A stretch of 62,246 nt of DNA, the filler included, from Porpidia crustulata (taxonomy: Eukaryota), in NCBI GenBank assembly GCA_964255105.1. It is 6 parts of 6 records of this genome, joined end to end, with 100 filler letters (N's around TTAATTAATTAA, not from the genome) between each part and the next. Parts side by side here need not be neighbours in the genome. Positions count along the whole stretch, not along the records: positions 20,817 to 31,111 come from CAXUWE010000795.1; positions 31,212 to 41,496 come from CAXUWE010000796.1; 4 more parts are not named here. One strand, written 5' to 3'. Position 1 is the first letter of the stretch. Each line of letters starts with the position of its first letter. The position numbers were made by a program, and so were the translations under genes. The notes below the pieces were generated by a model, which saw only the letters and a list, made by a program, of their open reading frames with translations, did no database searches and was not told the DNA's origin. Below are positions 26,014 to 38,500 of this stretch, one piece after another.

Positions 26014-26740
26014 GCTGATGATCCAGTTGCTGGTCTGTAGAGAGTTGCTCTATCGGCAAGAAACAAACAGAAGGCTGCACGACGGCAGAAGATTGCAAAG
26101 GACTGAGATACATAGTTATTATTAGCATCGATGAGTCATATCGGTTCTGCCATCCAGCGCCAAGCTATCCCAGACAGGTTGGCCTAAAACTGCTGCTTAC
26201 GTAAGGCAGTAGAGAACCAGAATGAGACTAGTGCTATAAGTAGTTAGTGTAGATTTATGACGTTTAATCTACCGAACAACAAGATTGAAACAGGTACGGT
26301 AGGTGGGTAGTTGACATTCAAGTTCTGATGCAAAGATGTTGCTTCAACGCGATCAATGCCTGATATTGCGACGGTGAAGATTATATGAGAGCTGTCATGA
26401 CGGATGGGAAGAAGCATGAAGAGTCACGTGCAAGTCCAAAGGCAGATCTTCCCAATCTTCGTACAACTACATGCAGGCTTCCAACATTCCAGGCCAACTG
26501 ATTATCCCATGATACCATAATATCCAAATGCATAATTTCACACACAAGATCTATAATTCCTAAAACAATAATCCCGAGCCGCTTCTAAGGTACTACCGTC
26601 TAGTCCAGAACCGTCAAACAATCCAGCACTGGGTTACATCTACTATCTTAGTAACGCCGCTCTTTGATCAAATTCCTCCATGGTCACTCCCAATCGCCGG
26701 ATGCGAAAAAGCCGGGTGTTAGGAGGCCAGGACAAGTACA

Positions 26741-27332
26741 TCAAGGGACAGGTCGGCGCAGCGAGGCTGCGGTGTGCTGATATACTGCAATCGTACTTTG
26801 TTGGCAGGTTCTCGTTGCTTGTGGTAGCAGTGCGGCCTGGTCTGCGCTGCAGGCTATCTCAATCTCCAAGGACATCATTCCATCTGCGTAATAACCTCTG
26901 CGACCAGTAAGTCTCAATAGACAACAAAAGGACAACGTGTACTTACGTGCTCGAGCGGAGCAACAGATCGTGCTTGAACTTCTCGAACGATCGTAATTGG
27001 ATCTTAATTTTTTTTAGAAGTGGCTTCAACTTCGAGCTGAGCATCCACCGCACCATTTGGGTCAGATGGGAATCTTTTTCGTGGTAGGTGGTTCTAAAGT
27101 CCCGCAGGATAGAGTACGTAGCGATAGACCAGTCGCATAGGAAATTCCGCTCGCTATGCTGAAGGATCTGGGGATCAAATAAACTGTTCGCCGCCAACGC
27201 CTCAGCCTGGGTTTTCAGATCCTGAACCACGGCCATGAAATCCGTAATCTCGTCGGGGATCCCGTGCCAATGACGGTACGCAGCTATGATAAGGTTGGTC
27301 ACAGCAATATAATCACCTATTCCAACAGACAT
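26741..27332 (-). CDS. Small fungal N-terminal helical (HeLo-like/SesA-like) domain protein, 180 aa (exons 27332-26947, 26897-26741)
   Basis: MSVGIGDYIAVTNLIIAAYRHW..PDEITDFMAVVQDL..VRWMLSSKLKPLLKKI resembles the 'G-x-GD-F-IAV' N-terminus of fungal NLR-associated helical domains; 49-nt GTAAGT...CAG intron gives an open frame. Confidence 0.65.
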
Positions 27333-27676
27333 ATTGGGCTTGGATGAATTGGAGAACGTATTGCAGGTAGCGTAGGCAGCGCTTTTAGGCGCAAAATGTG
27401 ACGCAGGCTTTGGTCGAACTTGTCGGTGCGGATTCCCATGTCTAGAACCCTTAGAGATGTTTCATTTATTTGGAATGAACTTTGGGTCAGACATATCGCA
27501 AGAGACTTTATTATATTCTTGATGTGATACTATTTATAGCACCATGTGTTATATCTCTAAGACAATTCGGATTTACCATAATCTGCGTCATTGGGATGTA
27601 CGTGAGAAGACAGTCAGATGCGTTAGGTCTTTCGTATCCTACCGTCAGTCTTACTCAAGAGCCTTTCGCTACTAAT

Positions 27677-29555
27677 CTAAGGTGGCAATAATATCCCCTC
27701 CTCATTCGAATTTGGATCCAATTCGATCGCTATATCTAAGTCAGAACTGCCTACTCGGTAACGAGTTCCAAGGTCAGTGTTCGACACGTAGATTATCAAG
27801 CTGTATGTCGAACCACATAAATTCTTCTTCTTCAGCCGGCAACGCACCGTGCATAAGTCCAGTTTCCCTAAATCTAGCAACTGATTTGGCAACTCGAAAA
27901 GATCCAACATTGTTGTCGAAAACGTCACCTTATGTCTCTTTTCAAGCATTGGAAAGGTAGTCTCAAATTTGACGTCGCAAACACTTTCGCCCTGCCGAAT
28001 TGCCAACTAACATTTTTGCCTTGAGTTCGAGGGCCGACATACCTTCCTGATCAGCCATTCGATGCTTTGTTTTCTGACCACACCGATACTCTTGGTAGAG
28101 ACCGTGAAGCGGTCATGAGCTAGTCCCTTGGAAGGAGCAAGCTCGCTTTAAGACTGTCAATAAATTCTAAGTATTCTGCGTGGGCTGGTGCTTACGGTCT
28201 ATCAACTTTCAACAAGGTCGTGGTCTTCCAGTGACCTTGGATCCAGTCCATGACTGTGCTGTAGATCTTAGTGTTGGCGACGTCACCGACAAATGCAAAG
28301 AAGTCCTGGTAAGGTATTAGCGAGAAATTCCAAGGCGTGGGACTTCCGTCGCCTACTGGGACCTGTTCGACAGTGCAGAGCATCTCTATAAGAGCAGAAG
28401 ATACAACTTCCAAGCATCGGCGTATGTCTATCCTGATGCGTAAGCTTGTGTAAACTGCCACAATGATCTGTACAGCTTCCACTTACTCCTCTAGGCGTCA
28501 TCCATTTTTACGTCGGTGAAGAGCATGGTAATTGCTGCCATTGTTGGAAGATGAATCTTGTTTGAATGATTCCCTGAAGAATCCATCTGAACATGGCTGA
28601 CAAACCAATCCGACCGTCTAATCCCAACGGCAACCTGGCGAAGCCAGCCTGGAGAAGCCTCTTCCTCTCGAGAATGAGGCAGAGCTAGTAGCAAGCGATA
28701 AACATGGTCCTCCCAGAGTTTCTCGGCGTCTGAAAATCCAATAACTCTTTGCATGAGTCCCAAATTATGACATCGTAGCGTGTTGTCGGTCAAGCCATCA
28801 ACTCTGATTGTGGCCATATCGGTGGTACCTCCACCAACGTCCATGACGAGAAGAGTACTTCCATTACGCACGTTTGGATTTTCTTGAATGACTTGTACTG
28901 CGGAGGCTTCTGCCTCATTGAGGCTGATAGTAATCTTGTGGCAATCATTATCCTCAAAACCGGCGGCTTTGATGGTATCACGGAAGTGTTTCTTGGCTAA
29001 GACCGTCCAAAATTGCGGATAGGAGAAGCGAAAGTGGATGCTGGAAGTTTTCCATGTTTTCTCCAACGCTTTGACTGATTGCAGCTGTGTTTTGATCTCC
29101 TGGCGGAGAAATGTTAAGTAGTCTATATACCATCGGAGTACCTCGTCTTGTGAAGTTGGAGCCCAAGGAATTCCCTTTTCGACGACTCTTCTGCGGTACG
29201 CTGGTTCGAGAAATAGCTTGAACCATTCGACAAAGCGTAATCGGTCGCTGATAAGTTGCTCTCCTTGGCTAGTTGGCGTGGTATGGGCTGAACAGTCGGT
29301 ACCACAGGCCTCCAGAGCGAATTGATTGGTGCTCGCGTTCAACTTGTATTCTAACCTGGTTGGGCATTTATAGATTACTCCGCGAGATGAACTCCATTCC
29401 GGGCGTCTAATACCGGGATAATTTGAAGTCTATTAAGCGACACCTGATCAATTGTTACTCGTTGCTATCACTATGGAAAAATGGATTGTCAGAAGTCCCC
29501 TACCGGTTGAGGTCATGCCAAAGTCGATACCAACGATAAGATCATAAGCAGCCAT
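27677..29555 (-). pseudogene. Atypical Hsp70-like (actin-like ATPase, HSPA12-like) gene, disrupted
   Basis: MAAYDLIVGIDFGMTSTG|VA** (TAA TAG at 29430-29435), KCPTRLEY, EWFKLFL, FRFSYPQFW, LNEAEASAV, LLVMDVGGGTTD, LAPSKGLAHDR; further stop at 28491. Confidence 0.85.
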
Positions 29556-30005
29556 CTCTGTGTGATTGAATCCGGTCTCTTCAGTGATGTCTAGTCAAAG
29601 ACTGAGAGTCTCAAAGACTGAAAGTAAAAACTGAATGGTATGCTTAATGCGGTAAGCTTCCAAGCCGTATTTGACCACAGCACGCAGGTACTCCTGTTGA
29701 TTTGGGTAGTAGGAGAGCAATCGGTGTGTCCCAAGGATGAATGCAGCCAGGCGCATATTCTTTGTCGCATACTCCCGAAACTACGGTATTTTTCTTTGAT
29801 GATTTGACTTAAAAGGATGTCGGAACAGTGCATCAGCCTTTACCCGATGTTACTTTGAACTTGCTTGCTCCTTCAGACCGCTTTCAGCCAAACAATTTGG
29901 GAGCCGAAATTTCTTTACATGTACAAGATAGGTTCTCTTCTCCTGACAGGATTTCACTCCTCTTCAGTCCTTGGTCAGAGATATTCTCGAGGTGTAGCAT
30001 ACATT

Positions 30006-30990
30006 ATGCCGTCTAATGCAGCCTTAGCGATCGCAATACCATTCTAAGTAATTGGAACTGCGATCGTAATAACGTTGATATTTTTACGGATTCGATTCCG
30101 GCGCGAGAGCAGGATAAACGACGAGAAGCTTCTCGCAGCTAATGATCTAGAGGCAGCTCTTATGCTAAGGGTTACGGAAAGAGGTATGTCCGAAGGCTTG
30201 AAGAATATAGATTTCTTGTACTTGTATGACGAGGTGGAGAATTGCGTTGTGACGCATTTCCGGAAGGGACGGACTGGGCCCGACATGCAAAGAAATGAGG
30301 AACTCTTTCAAGATACAGTGATCACAGAAGAACAGCTAAGCGTGAAGACCTTTTTATCTCTGCTCCGCCATCCTTACTATCGAGGAGACGCAGCTCAGCA
30401 TTTCATCTTTTCCTCAATCTGTGCTGCACTGGATATCCGAAGCGACAACGCAACGACAAGTCTGGTGCAAGCAGATTACATAAATTTCGTAAAGACCTTG
30501 AAGACGCGCACGCCACAATGTAAGTACATTATCCATCCTAGTTTATTGCACCTTACAAGGACTGATTAAGCTTCTGTCTCAAGTCGACGAAACTTTACGT
30601 GCAAAAATCCGGCTCTACAAGAAATTCTCGCCCGGGCTCAATAGAGATGATGAATTGGCTTGAAAGGTGGACCCTTATGAGACTGTCCAAAGCTGCCGCA
30701 TGGTTGATTATTTATTCCAACATCTCAACGACTGGACCACGCCTTATGAGAACACCTCTTTCCACGAGTCGCTCAAGGACGTTTGCTTTCGGGCGCTCGA
30801 GTTGGGAGAAAAACTAACGTACCAGGGAGCTCGCTACGAATTCGATTGGGCCTCATCTGAAGAATCGCTCGTGGTGCGTCCGGAGGTTTGGCAGGTGACG
30901 GGACCGACGGGAATGCATCTTGCATACAAGAACCTGATACTGAAGGGGTTTGTCCGCAAGTACCAAATCGAGGACGACGTGGTAGGCTGA
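30006..30990 (+). pseudogene. Single-pass membrane protein of unknown family, head-to-head with the Hsp70-like gene; two in-frame stops
   Basis: MPSNAALAIAIPF*VIGTAIVITLIFLRIRFRR (TAA 30045-30047 inside the TM), intron 30520-30583, TGA 30661-30663, C-terminus SLKDVCFRALELGEKLTYQGARYEFDW..LVVRPEVWQVTGPTG..LILKGFV. Confidence 0.65.
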
Positions 30991-31111
30991 AGATATAGCG
31001 TATGGGAAATGCGCGATGGGCGATGCGCATCTTTAGTCTCGGATGGTCCGAGCGTGCTGCATATTTGATACATCGGGCAACATTGAACGAAGAGCGGAGT
31101 GTGGAGGAGGG

Positions 31112-31211
31112 NNNNNNNNNNNNNNNNNNNNNNNNNNNNNNNNNNNNNNNNNNNNTTAATTAATTAANNNNNNNNNNNNNNNNNNNNNNNNNNNNNNNNN
31201 NNNNNNNNNNN
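31112..31211. other. Artificial contig linker
   Basis: N44-TTAATTAATTAA-N44. Confidence 0.98.
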
Positions 31212-32623
31212 GTGGTGGAGATGATGTCGGAGGGGGTGCGGGAGTGGGTTTGGAGGATCTTGGAGAGCTTTGTTTTTATGGATCGCATTTGGCGGTCGGC
31301 GCCGTGGGCGACGGTGGATGCTGTCATGTTTGATATGCTTAGGATGGATTTGCCCTTTGTCTGGATGGCTTCGATGTGCCAGTCTTCGGTTTGCTGGGGA
31401 GGACTCGTGGACAGCGGATCGATCGGTCTATTGGTATCTAGTGGTTTCTTCTCCAGCTCTGTAGTCTCAGTGGCTTCTTCACCATCCTCCAATTCTGCTA
31501 GCAAGCTCCGGAATTCTTCGTCCCAAAGATTCACTCCCCTGAGCTTTTCCCTCCATCCATCGTTCCCTCGCTCTTTCATCACTACCGTTCCGGCCCCTTT
31601 TTGCAAGCCAACCCATGCCTCCCCTCCCTCTCCTCTGCCAACGTACCTCATATCCTCCTTAACTTCAATCCGCCCCTTCCACAACCCCGTCGGCCCGTCC
31701 AGAACCAAGGTCTCAAACTCCCCGCCCTCGCCAAGCACGCTTCCACCAAACCTCCCTACCGCTCTCTCTGCCCTCGCCTTCGTCCCCACGTCCAGCAGAT
31801 TCCCCCATAGAAGACTCTCATCTAGACCCCCAGACGCAACCTTCACGATACGTGCATCAAGCCCTACGGCACGCATGTCTTCCAGTAGCCCCGCTGTCCG
31901 CGGGAAAGGCGTTGGCAGAATTGGGTACTGCCATAGGTACGATAAGGGAACGAGATCCAAACGCCGCGCTACGGATTCGATGCGCGTGCGCTGGTAGGTT
32001 GAGAGAATGGCACCTGAGCAGACGGCGTTGGCGGAGGGATGGGCGGCGACGACGCGACGGAGTAAGGGTGTGATGCACTCGGTTTCCTCGAGCTCTACGG
32101 AGGTCTCGGTGAAAGCTGATGCCGTGCTCAGCGAACTGTGGCCCTTGATCCCATAGGCCTGCCAGAATCTATCGAGCCGCTCTAGTCTGTCGTGGGGTGA
32201 CCATGACTCGTTTCCCAGCAACTTTTGCAGTAGATCAATCGCCTCTTGACAGTCCTCATCGCCGAGCTTTTCAACATCAACTCCAGCATGGCGGCCGAGA
32301 CTACCTTGGGGCAATTCCAGAACCGAAGCCGGGTGGTAATCTTTCTGGGAATTGACCGCTGAGCCGGAAATCTCTTGGCGATAAAGAGGAAGGCCGAGGG
32401 CGATGGAGTATAGAGGAACTAAAGCGTGCCCGACAGTTTGGTACATGTAACTGTTGAGGTCGCTGTCGGTGGTGCTTGGCGACGAAGAAGGGGGTGGCGG
32501 TGGATAGAGATTCGCCAAGGCGACAACGCGGTGGCCATTGGCGAGGCAATGAAGGATGGAGAAGAACGAGTCTTTGCCGCCGGAGATGAGGGCGATGACG
32601 TTGAGATGTGGGCTCTGGGACAT
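31212..32623 (-). CDS. DPH6: Diphthine--ammonia ligase, 3'-truncated at contig end
   Basis: LNVIALISGGKDS PP-loop, SYMYQTVGH, GAILSTYQRTRIESVA, LSYLWQ, GEGGEFETLVLDGP; the start of the RidA-like region follows. Confidence 0.93.
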
Positions 32624-32704
32624 TCTCGTCGCTTACTGGAAGACATAGACAAACGGGAAAGGGACACGCTAAGGGCCGATATGACTGGTAGGTAGTTAGT
32701 GTAG

Positions 32705-32736
32705 GAAGGGATGAAGGGATGAAGGGATGAAGGGAA
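32705..32736. repeat. (GAAGGGAT)n short tandem repeat upstream of DPH6
   Basis: gaagggat-gaagggat-gaagggat-gaaggga read directly. Confidence 0.8.
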
Positions 32737-33451
32737 TGTAGACCTGTGTTGGTCGGCCTCAAAAGGTTGAGCTTGGAAGTGGATTGATCAAGGTAACCCA
32801 TCCTGAGTTACCTAGACTCGTTCGAAAATATCTCATAGCCAGGCAGAATGTTAAGAGAGAGCAGTAGAACTGGTAGGTGTAAAGGTGGAGGCTAGCTAGT
32901 ACATAGAGCACTCTACGTGTACGTTCTGTTTTGTCTAGTCGAATGAATCCTTCGCATACGAAAACATTCAGTCACACTGATGTCCTCGAAGTTACGGATA
33001 CAATGATAAGATAGCTTCTATATTGACGACCACAACGACCTCTGTGACCAGCACAAGTAATCGAGAAAGCTAATAGAGTACATTGGGAAAAAGTGTTAAG
33101 ATACAAGCCAAAGCCTTCAAGTCGCCCGCGCCTCGTGCCGAAATATTACAAGCGAATTAGAAAAGAAGGCGCACTGATGAGCGATATGCTCCCCGAAAAC
33201 CTCGAGGGCTGTCTAAACACCATCTAGACCACTGAGCCTGGCCCCCATGATCCCGCTAATGCTCAGGACAAACATCCGAACAATATTGACTTGTGTGCTT
33301 GGAACAGCCGTTCTCGAAAGAGACACAAAAGTTTCTGGTACGAAACCCGGTCGGATCGATCCCTATGTTCCTGCCACAATGAACAATCTGTTGAATCGTG
33401 GTTCTCGTAATGACCTGAAGCAGGCCCGTCTGTCTCGCATCGCCACAGCGC

Positions 33452-35539
33452 TTATTCCTCTCTCTTTCTCTTCTTCAAGTGCTTGGCGTTTTCGATTGAG
33501 GGAGGGGGACTCAAGCTATCACGTATCGAGCTTCCACCTGATGATGAACTTGAGGTAGCGTTGGCGGCGGCAGCTTGAGCAGCCTCGAAGAGCACAGCAC
33601 CGAGTGCACCAGTAGTATCCTCGTCCACCGACTCTGCTTTCTCACTAGGCGGTAGCTCTCCGTCCTCAAGTACTCCCATGACAATGGCACCACTGCCATG
33701 TGTCCGGGCATGTTGAGAAAGGTTGTCGCTACGCGAGAATTTCTTGCCGCATTCGTTACACTCGAAAGGCTTATCGTGTGTGTGGAGGGAGCGATAATGA
33801 CGCTTGAGGTGTTCTTGGCGGCGGAAGCGACGTGAGCACAGCGTGCACACAAATGTCTTTGAAGGATCTTCTGTTAGCGACTGCTTGCGACCACGGCGCG
33901 CAATTGGCTGGGAGGCTGCAGGTTGATTGTCGGTGCTAGAAGCCACGGCGTTACCATCTGAAGATCCACCTTGGCTTTCAGGAGCAGAGGGAGTTTGTTG
34001 CTGGTCAGACGTTTGCTGTGCCGATGACGCAGCTGCGTGGAAATTGGTCTGTTGCATCGTGGTCGCACTTGTGTCTGCGATCACACTATCCATTATGGGC
34101 ACCTTTTTCGATACGTTACGTTTCTTTGGCTTCATCCTTACTGATTCGTCTGCTGCACTGAAAGGAGGTTCTGCCAATTCGGGAATGCTTGGTAGAGTGG
34201 TAGATGCAAACTGCTCTACTTCGTCAAAGTCCTCGAAACTGTCCTCGCTAAGAAATTCTTCGTCGTCGAAAGATACCAAGTCAAGTCTCTGCCTCTTGTT
34301 GCTCACGTAGATGGCAGTCTCGGAAGGGGATACTCTGCCTAAGTCGAGAACGGAGTCGTTCTCGGAGTCAAGATCAGAGAAGGCGTCAAAAGATGGTATA
34401 CCACCAAGAGCGGTTGTTCCCAAAGATTCGAATGAGTTGGAGAATTGTGACTCTGGTTTTATAAGGACTGATTCGCCTTGGAGGATGTATTTGTGTTCTT
34501 CGTCGTCCCCTGGGCAAAGCGTTGGTAATGGCGGAAAATCGAGATCGACACAGCTGAAGCTTGAGTTGGCAGATTCCACGATTAAATTGCGAGGGTCGCA
34601 AAAGTCGTAATCGGTATCAGAAGTAACAGAGCGAGGAATTGGAGATGGGGAAGGAGAGAGAGATGGGCAAGATTCGATGGACAGGAGGTCCGATGACTGG
34701 CTAGCGGTTACCGAGTGCGGCTGGATGAACACTGCGGCCAACAGGGGTTAGTGCCAATTCATTTCGATTGCCTCAACACCAAACCACCTGCCATACAACT
34801 GACAAAACTGACAACACTACTTGTCCATGAATGCCCAACTTCGATAACCATCTTATAGCGACACCTTACAATAAAAGCAAAGAAATTATGACGTACCAGG
34901 CGTGAGTTGTGGAGAACAGCTACGAGTCCAATCCCCGCCAGCGAGAATCTCGGACTGAACGTCACCTTCACAACCCTCCTTGACCCCCTCAATGTTCTCA
35001 AGAGTGAGGAAAGCACCCGATGTTGGCGTTGGCAAGATACCGCATGTTGATGGTGGACTGCTCGTCACACTACCAGAAACCGAGAGTGGGGGAGTTGATG
35101 GATAAATGTATAGGCCAGGAGTGTCACACTCGATATTCAATGAGTGTGGTCGACCATCTTGCTGGTGTAAGTTGCATTCGGTATCCAGTGAGAGTGGGAG
35201 CCCATCTTGTTGATACAAGAAGGCTGGTTTCTGCTGGAGTGGTCGTGGTGAGGCCATCGGCGTTGCCTGCGTGGGCAAGGAAGGCTTTGACGGCAAGTAA
35301 AACTGCGAACCCGATGATAATGCATACATACCATTCGTCTGGGACTGAGAGTGTGCCCTCATCATTGCATCATGTTGGTACATTTGATGCTGCAGCTGCT
35401 GCATCTGTATGCCATCCTGAACGGCAGTGGGGTGTGGGGAGAAATGGCCATGGTCTCGATGTCCTGGCTCCGGATTATAATAGAAGAAGGGCGATTGATT
35501 CAACATCTGAGGAGGGTGTGCTAAATGCGAAGATTCCAT
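33452..35539 (-). CDS. seb1: C2H2 stress-response-element-binding transcription factor Seb1/SebA/MsnA (exons 35539-34897, 34731-33452; 640 aa)
   Basis: [91 protein letters not shown] motifs; intron GTACGT...CTAAC...CAG; probable 5'UTR intron 35623-35565. Confidence 0.92.
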
Positions 35540-38500
35540 AATTGGGACCTAGTAATTGACTGAGCTGCGGAAATGTCAGAGTTAGCCTTGTCAACTCCAT
35601 CCTTTAGTATTTGGTGGACCTACTTTTGAAGCCTGGATATCGTCGTTATTTTCTGAAATAAGCAGGCTTTTTATATTTCTTTCCTGGTCAGAGGGCTCGA
35701 CAGGTTGATGTTAGTATGGTCTGATATGGTTGCTCCAAGGATATATTTTGAATGAGTGGCAGGACGACAGAGCTGGAAATATCCAAACATCTGTCTACTA
35801 GATAGTAGTACTGATGATGATGAGGCTGTTGTATGGCTACAGGTTTTGATTATACAAGGGCTTTTTGAGGCAGATGCCAAAGGAATGTCTGTGGTAAATA
35901 TTTGAAGAAAGGCAAGTAATGAAAGAGCCCTAATTCAAATATCTCCAAAAGAAACGCACGAAAGATGGTTGATTAAAGAAAAAGGTTGGATGTCCAGAAT
36001 TAACCTGTTCATTATTCAAAAAGAGTGTGAAAGGGCACAGAGCGGGTAAAGTAACCTTGGGGCACTACAGGACTACGATTTTGGGGCATCGAGAGCCCTC
36101 CAGTTAGGCGAAAGCTTGCACCAAAACTAAAAGAACCCTAAGAAACAACGATAAAGAGCTAAACGACGCGGAATCTGTATGGGGATTCGGGAGGATGTGA
36201 ATGGCGCAGTTCTCCACTGATCCCGGTCGTATTGCTAGGTTGAGAAATAGGACGACAGGGTAACCACAAACTAGGTGCTGCCAAATCCATCAGTCGCACT
36301 TCCTCCGCAGTCTGCACACAGACACACACGCTAATGTCCTACTCGCACACCACCTCGCAATACACACCGTTTCCAACGCCGCTTGGATGTGTGTCTTTTG
36401 CCTGACTGACCCGACATCGAGAGGCTTGGCAACCCGTATGTTGCAGACGCCAGACGGCAGTCGTCGAAATTCAGTCGAGACGCAAAAAGTATAAGCGTGC
36501 CGCTAGATGGAAGAACTCAGTTGGAGCCAAACTGGGAAGGAGATCAGGGTTCTGGAGATTGCGACCGACCACCCTCAATCTATTCTAGCGGCACTGCTCT
36601 TCTCTTGGTGTGTGGCAACGATCAAAGACTGGCCACAAGATCACGTATCACCGAGTCTTACGTTCGAACCCAGAACGGCGAAAGACATGGTGCGTCTCAT
36701 TCGACAGGCAATTCCATCATCATATATCGCACATTTATCGCGTTATTGGTGTGATGGATTATCATAACAGGGAACTCATCGGTATGCAAGCGCATAAATT
36801 ATTGTGTCGAAGTGTCTCCTGTAGCAGTCCATTGGACCATTGGCGGTACATCACTCAACACTTCAATTCAGTCAAGGCACATCGAGTTGCAGGATGTAAC
36901 ATGTTGCTGCAATTATGATTGGAGGAGGGTATAAATCTTGTGCAACCTATCACAACAGCACAAATCCCGTACGGCTGGACTGGAACTTGCAGATGCAGAC
37001 ATTCAAGTGTCTGTCTGGGGACTGCCGCCTATCGATTACGGATAGTCGCTTGGAGATCGTTAGCAGTCGATAGCGGGCAGCTCGAAGGGTCGCGCCCTCG
37101 GCCCTTCCCCGCAGCCTACAATTCAAAAGATTTCCAGACTGCTGTTATTGTATTACAGCATAGTACGGGGACATCGTTGTTGGGTATTGGGATTTGGATA
37201 TGGCATCTATGATGCCGCAGCGGCATGAACGTAATACCGATGATGACTTGAACTGTCATGGACACTTCATCAATAGCGAAATAGGTAGACAAACGATACG
37301 CTGTAGGGTTGGAGGATAATCAGACGAAGCGCGTTAACAGCATTGGTGCGGCGCGTAAGAGAATGGATGAGGGCCAAAACATGGGTTGCACACAGATCTG
37401 ACCACACTCGCAATTCGCCCAGCGGTGCGCAGCACGTCGTCTTGGTCGAATCGTGTCGTTGGACCGACGTGTTGCACCCAATGTCTCTTCGCATAGAGAG
37501 CGGCTTGTTGGTTCTCCGGCTGCGCTGATTCAAACACGAGACACCCATCAACGGTTACACTGCCGTTACGGCGTCGTGATTTTACGTGTTCTGTTAGGTG
37601 TGTCCTGGGGTGTCTGGGAAAGCAGACGATGGACTGCCCGGTCAGCCAGCGTTCAAGCAGCCATCTATGTCCCATTTATGCGGGAGCATTATTATTATTA
37701 TTCTAGTGTTGCTTTTGGGTTGCATAACTTTGAGAGTCTGCCATGCGGGCGGTTTCTAAGTATAGCAGTTCTTGAGTAGATTACGGACTAACAGATTTGG
37801 CTAGGTTGCAACGCCGCTCTATAGACTCGGGCTGAAGGAAATCCCTGCCGCCTTGGTCGCTTTCGTTCCGTCACAGCGCATTACGCTTTCCAGAAGAACA
37901 GATTTGGTCCGATAAGCATGCGAGCGCTGGGGTCTCCTTGTTAAGCTGAGCCAGGATCTAAGACCACCAGTTGGGGCTTGTGTGACAGTGCGAGGCACCA
38001 CAAGCTAACGCAGGAACGGCGCAGGTACGGCACTTTGTTTTTTGCCAAGACGTACGTAACGATATCTGGGTCTCCAAAAGGGCAAAATTCAACGGCCAGC
38101 TAGAGCTTTGCTGACACGTCGGATAGCATGATATGCACCTCTGCTCCGCTGCTATTCATGCCTGAATTAGTAACAAGTCCTTGAGTGAACATCATAATAA
38201 CTCCGAAATTTGAGATCCTGTGGGCCTCTACCTACTCAAGAAGCTAAAGAACGCCAAACCATTAATCTTGAAGGAGTTGCGGTCAAGGCCGGGTGTTCCG
38301 GGGAAATTTTCCATCATTACGTTTGCTCCACAGGTCAGATTCAGGAACGAAGGTTCGGAAGCTTCCCGGGTATATGGAAATTCCGCCATTGTGGGGAGGC
38401 GGTTTCACAGACGCTATATGATTGGGTCCCCATGGTCCGTTTCATCAACGATTGGTCTGATGGAGTAGGCCTAAGGATTCGTCGGATTCGTGGCGTGTCA

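Noticed and set aside
3831..30990. Stop-codon reassignment or global RNA editing as the explanation for all premature stops
   Set aside because: TAA, TAG and TGA all occur as lesions along with frameshifts, and intact genes end with all three stop codons.
10420..31111. One large immunity island joining the NLR/modin contig with the CBM18/Hsp70/HeLo contig
   Set aside because: Separated by an artificial linker between size-sorted contigs; no evidence of physical linkage.
31160..31211. ORF-track ends for DPH6 (31160) and PRM10 (51925)
   Set aside because: The stops come from the linker; the genes are truncated by contig ends.
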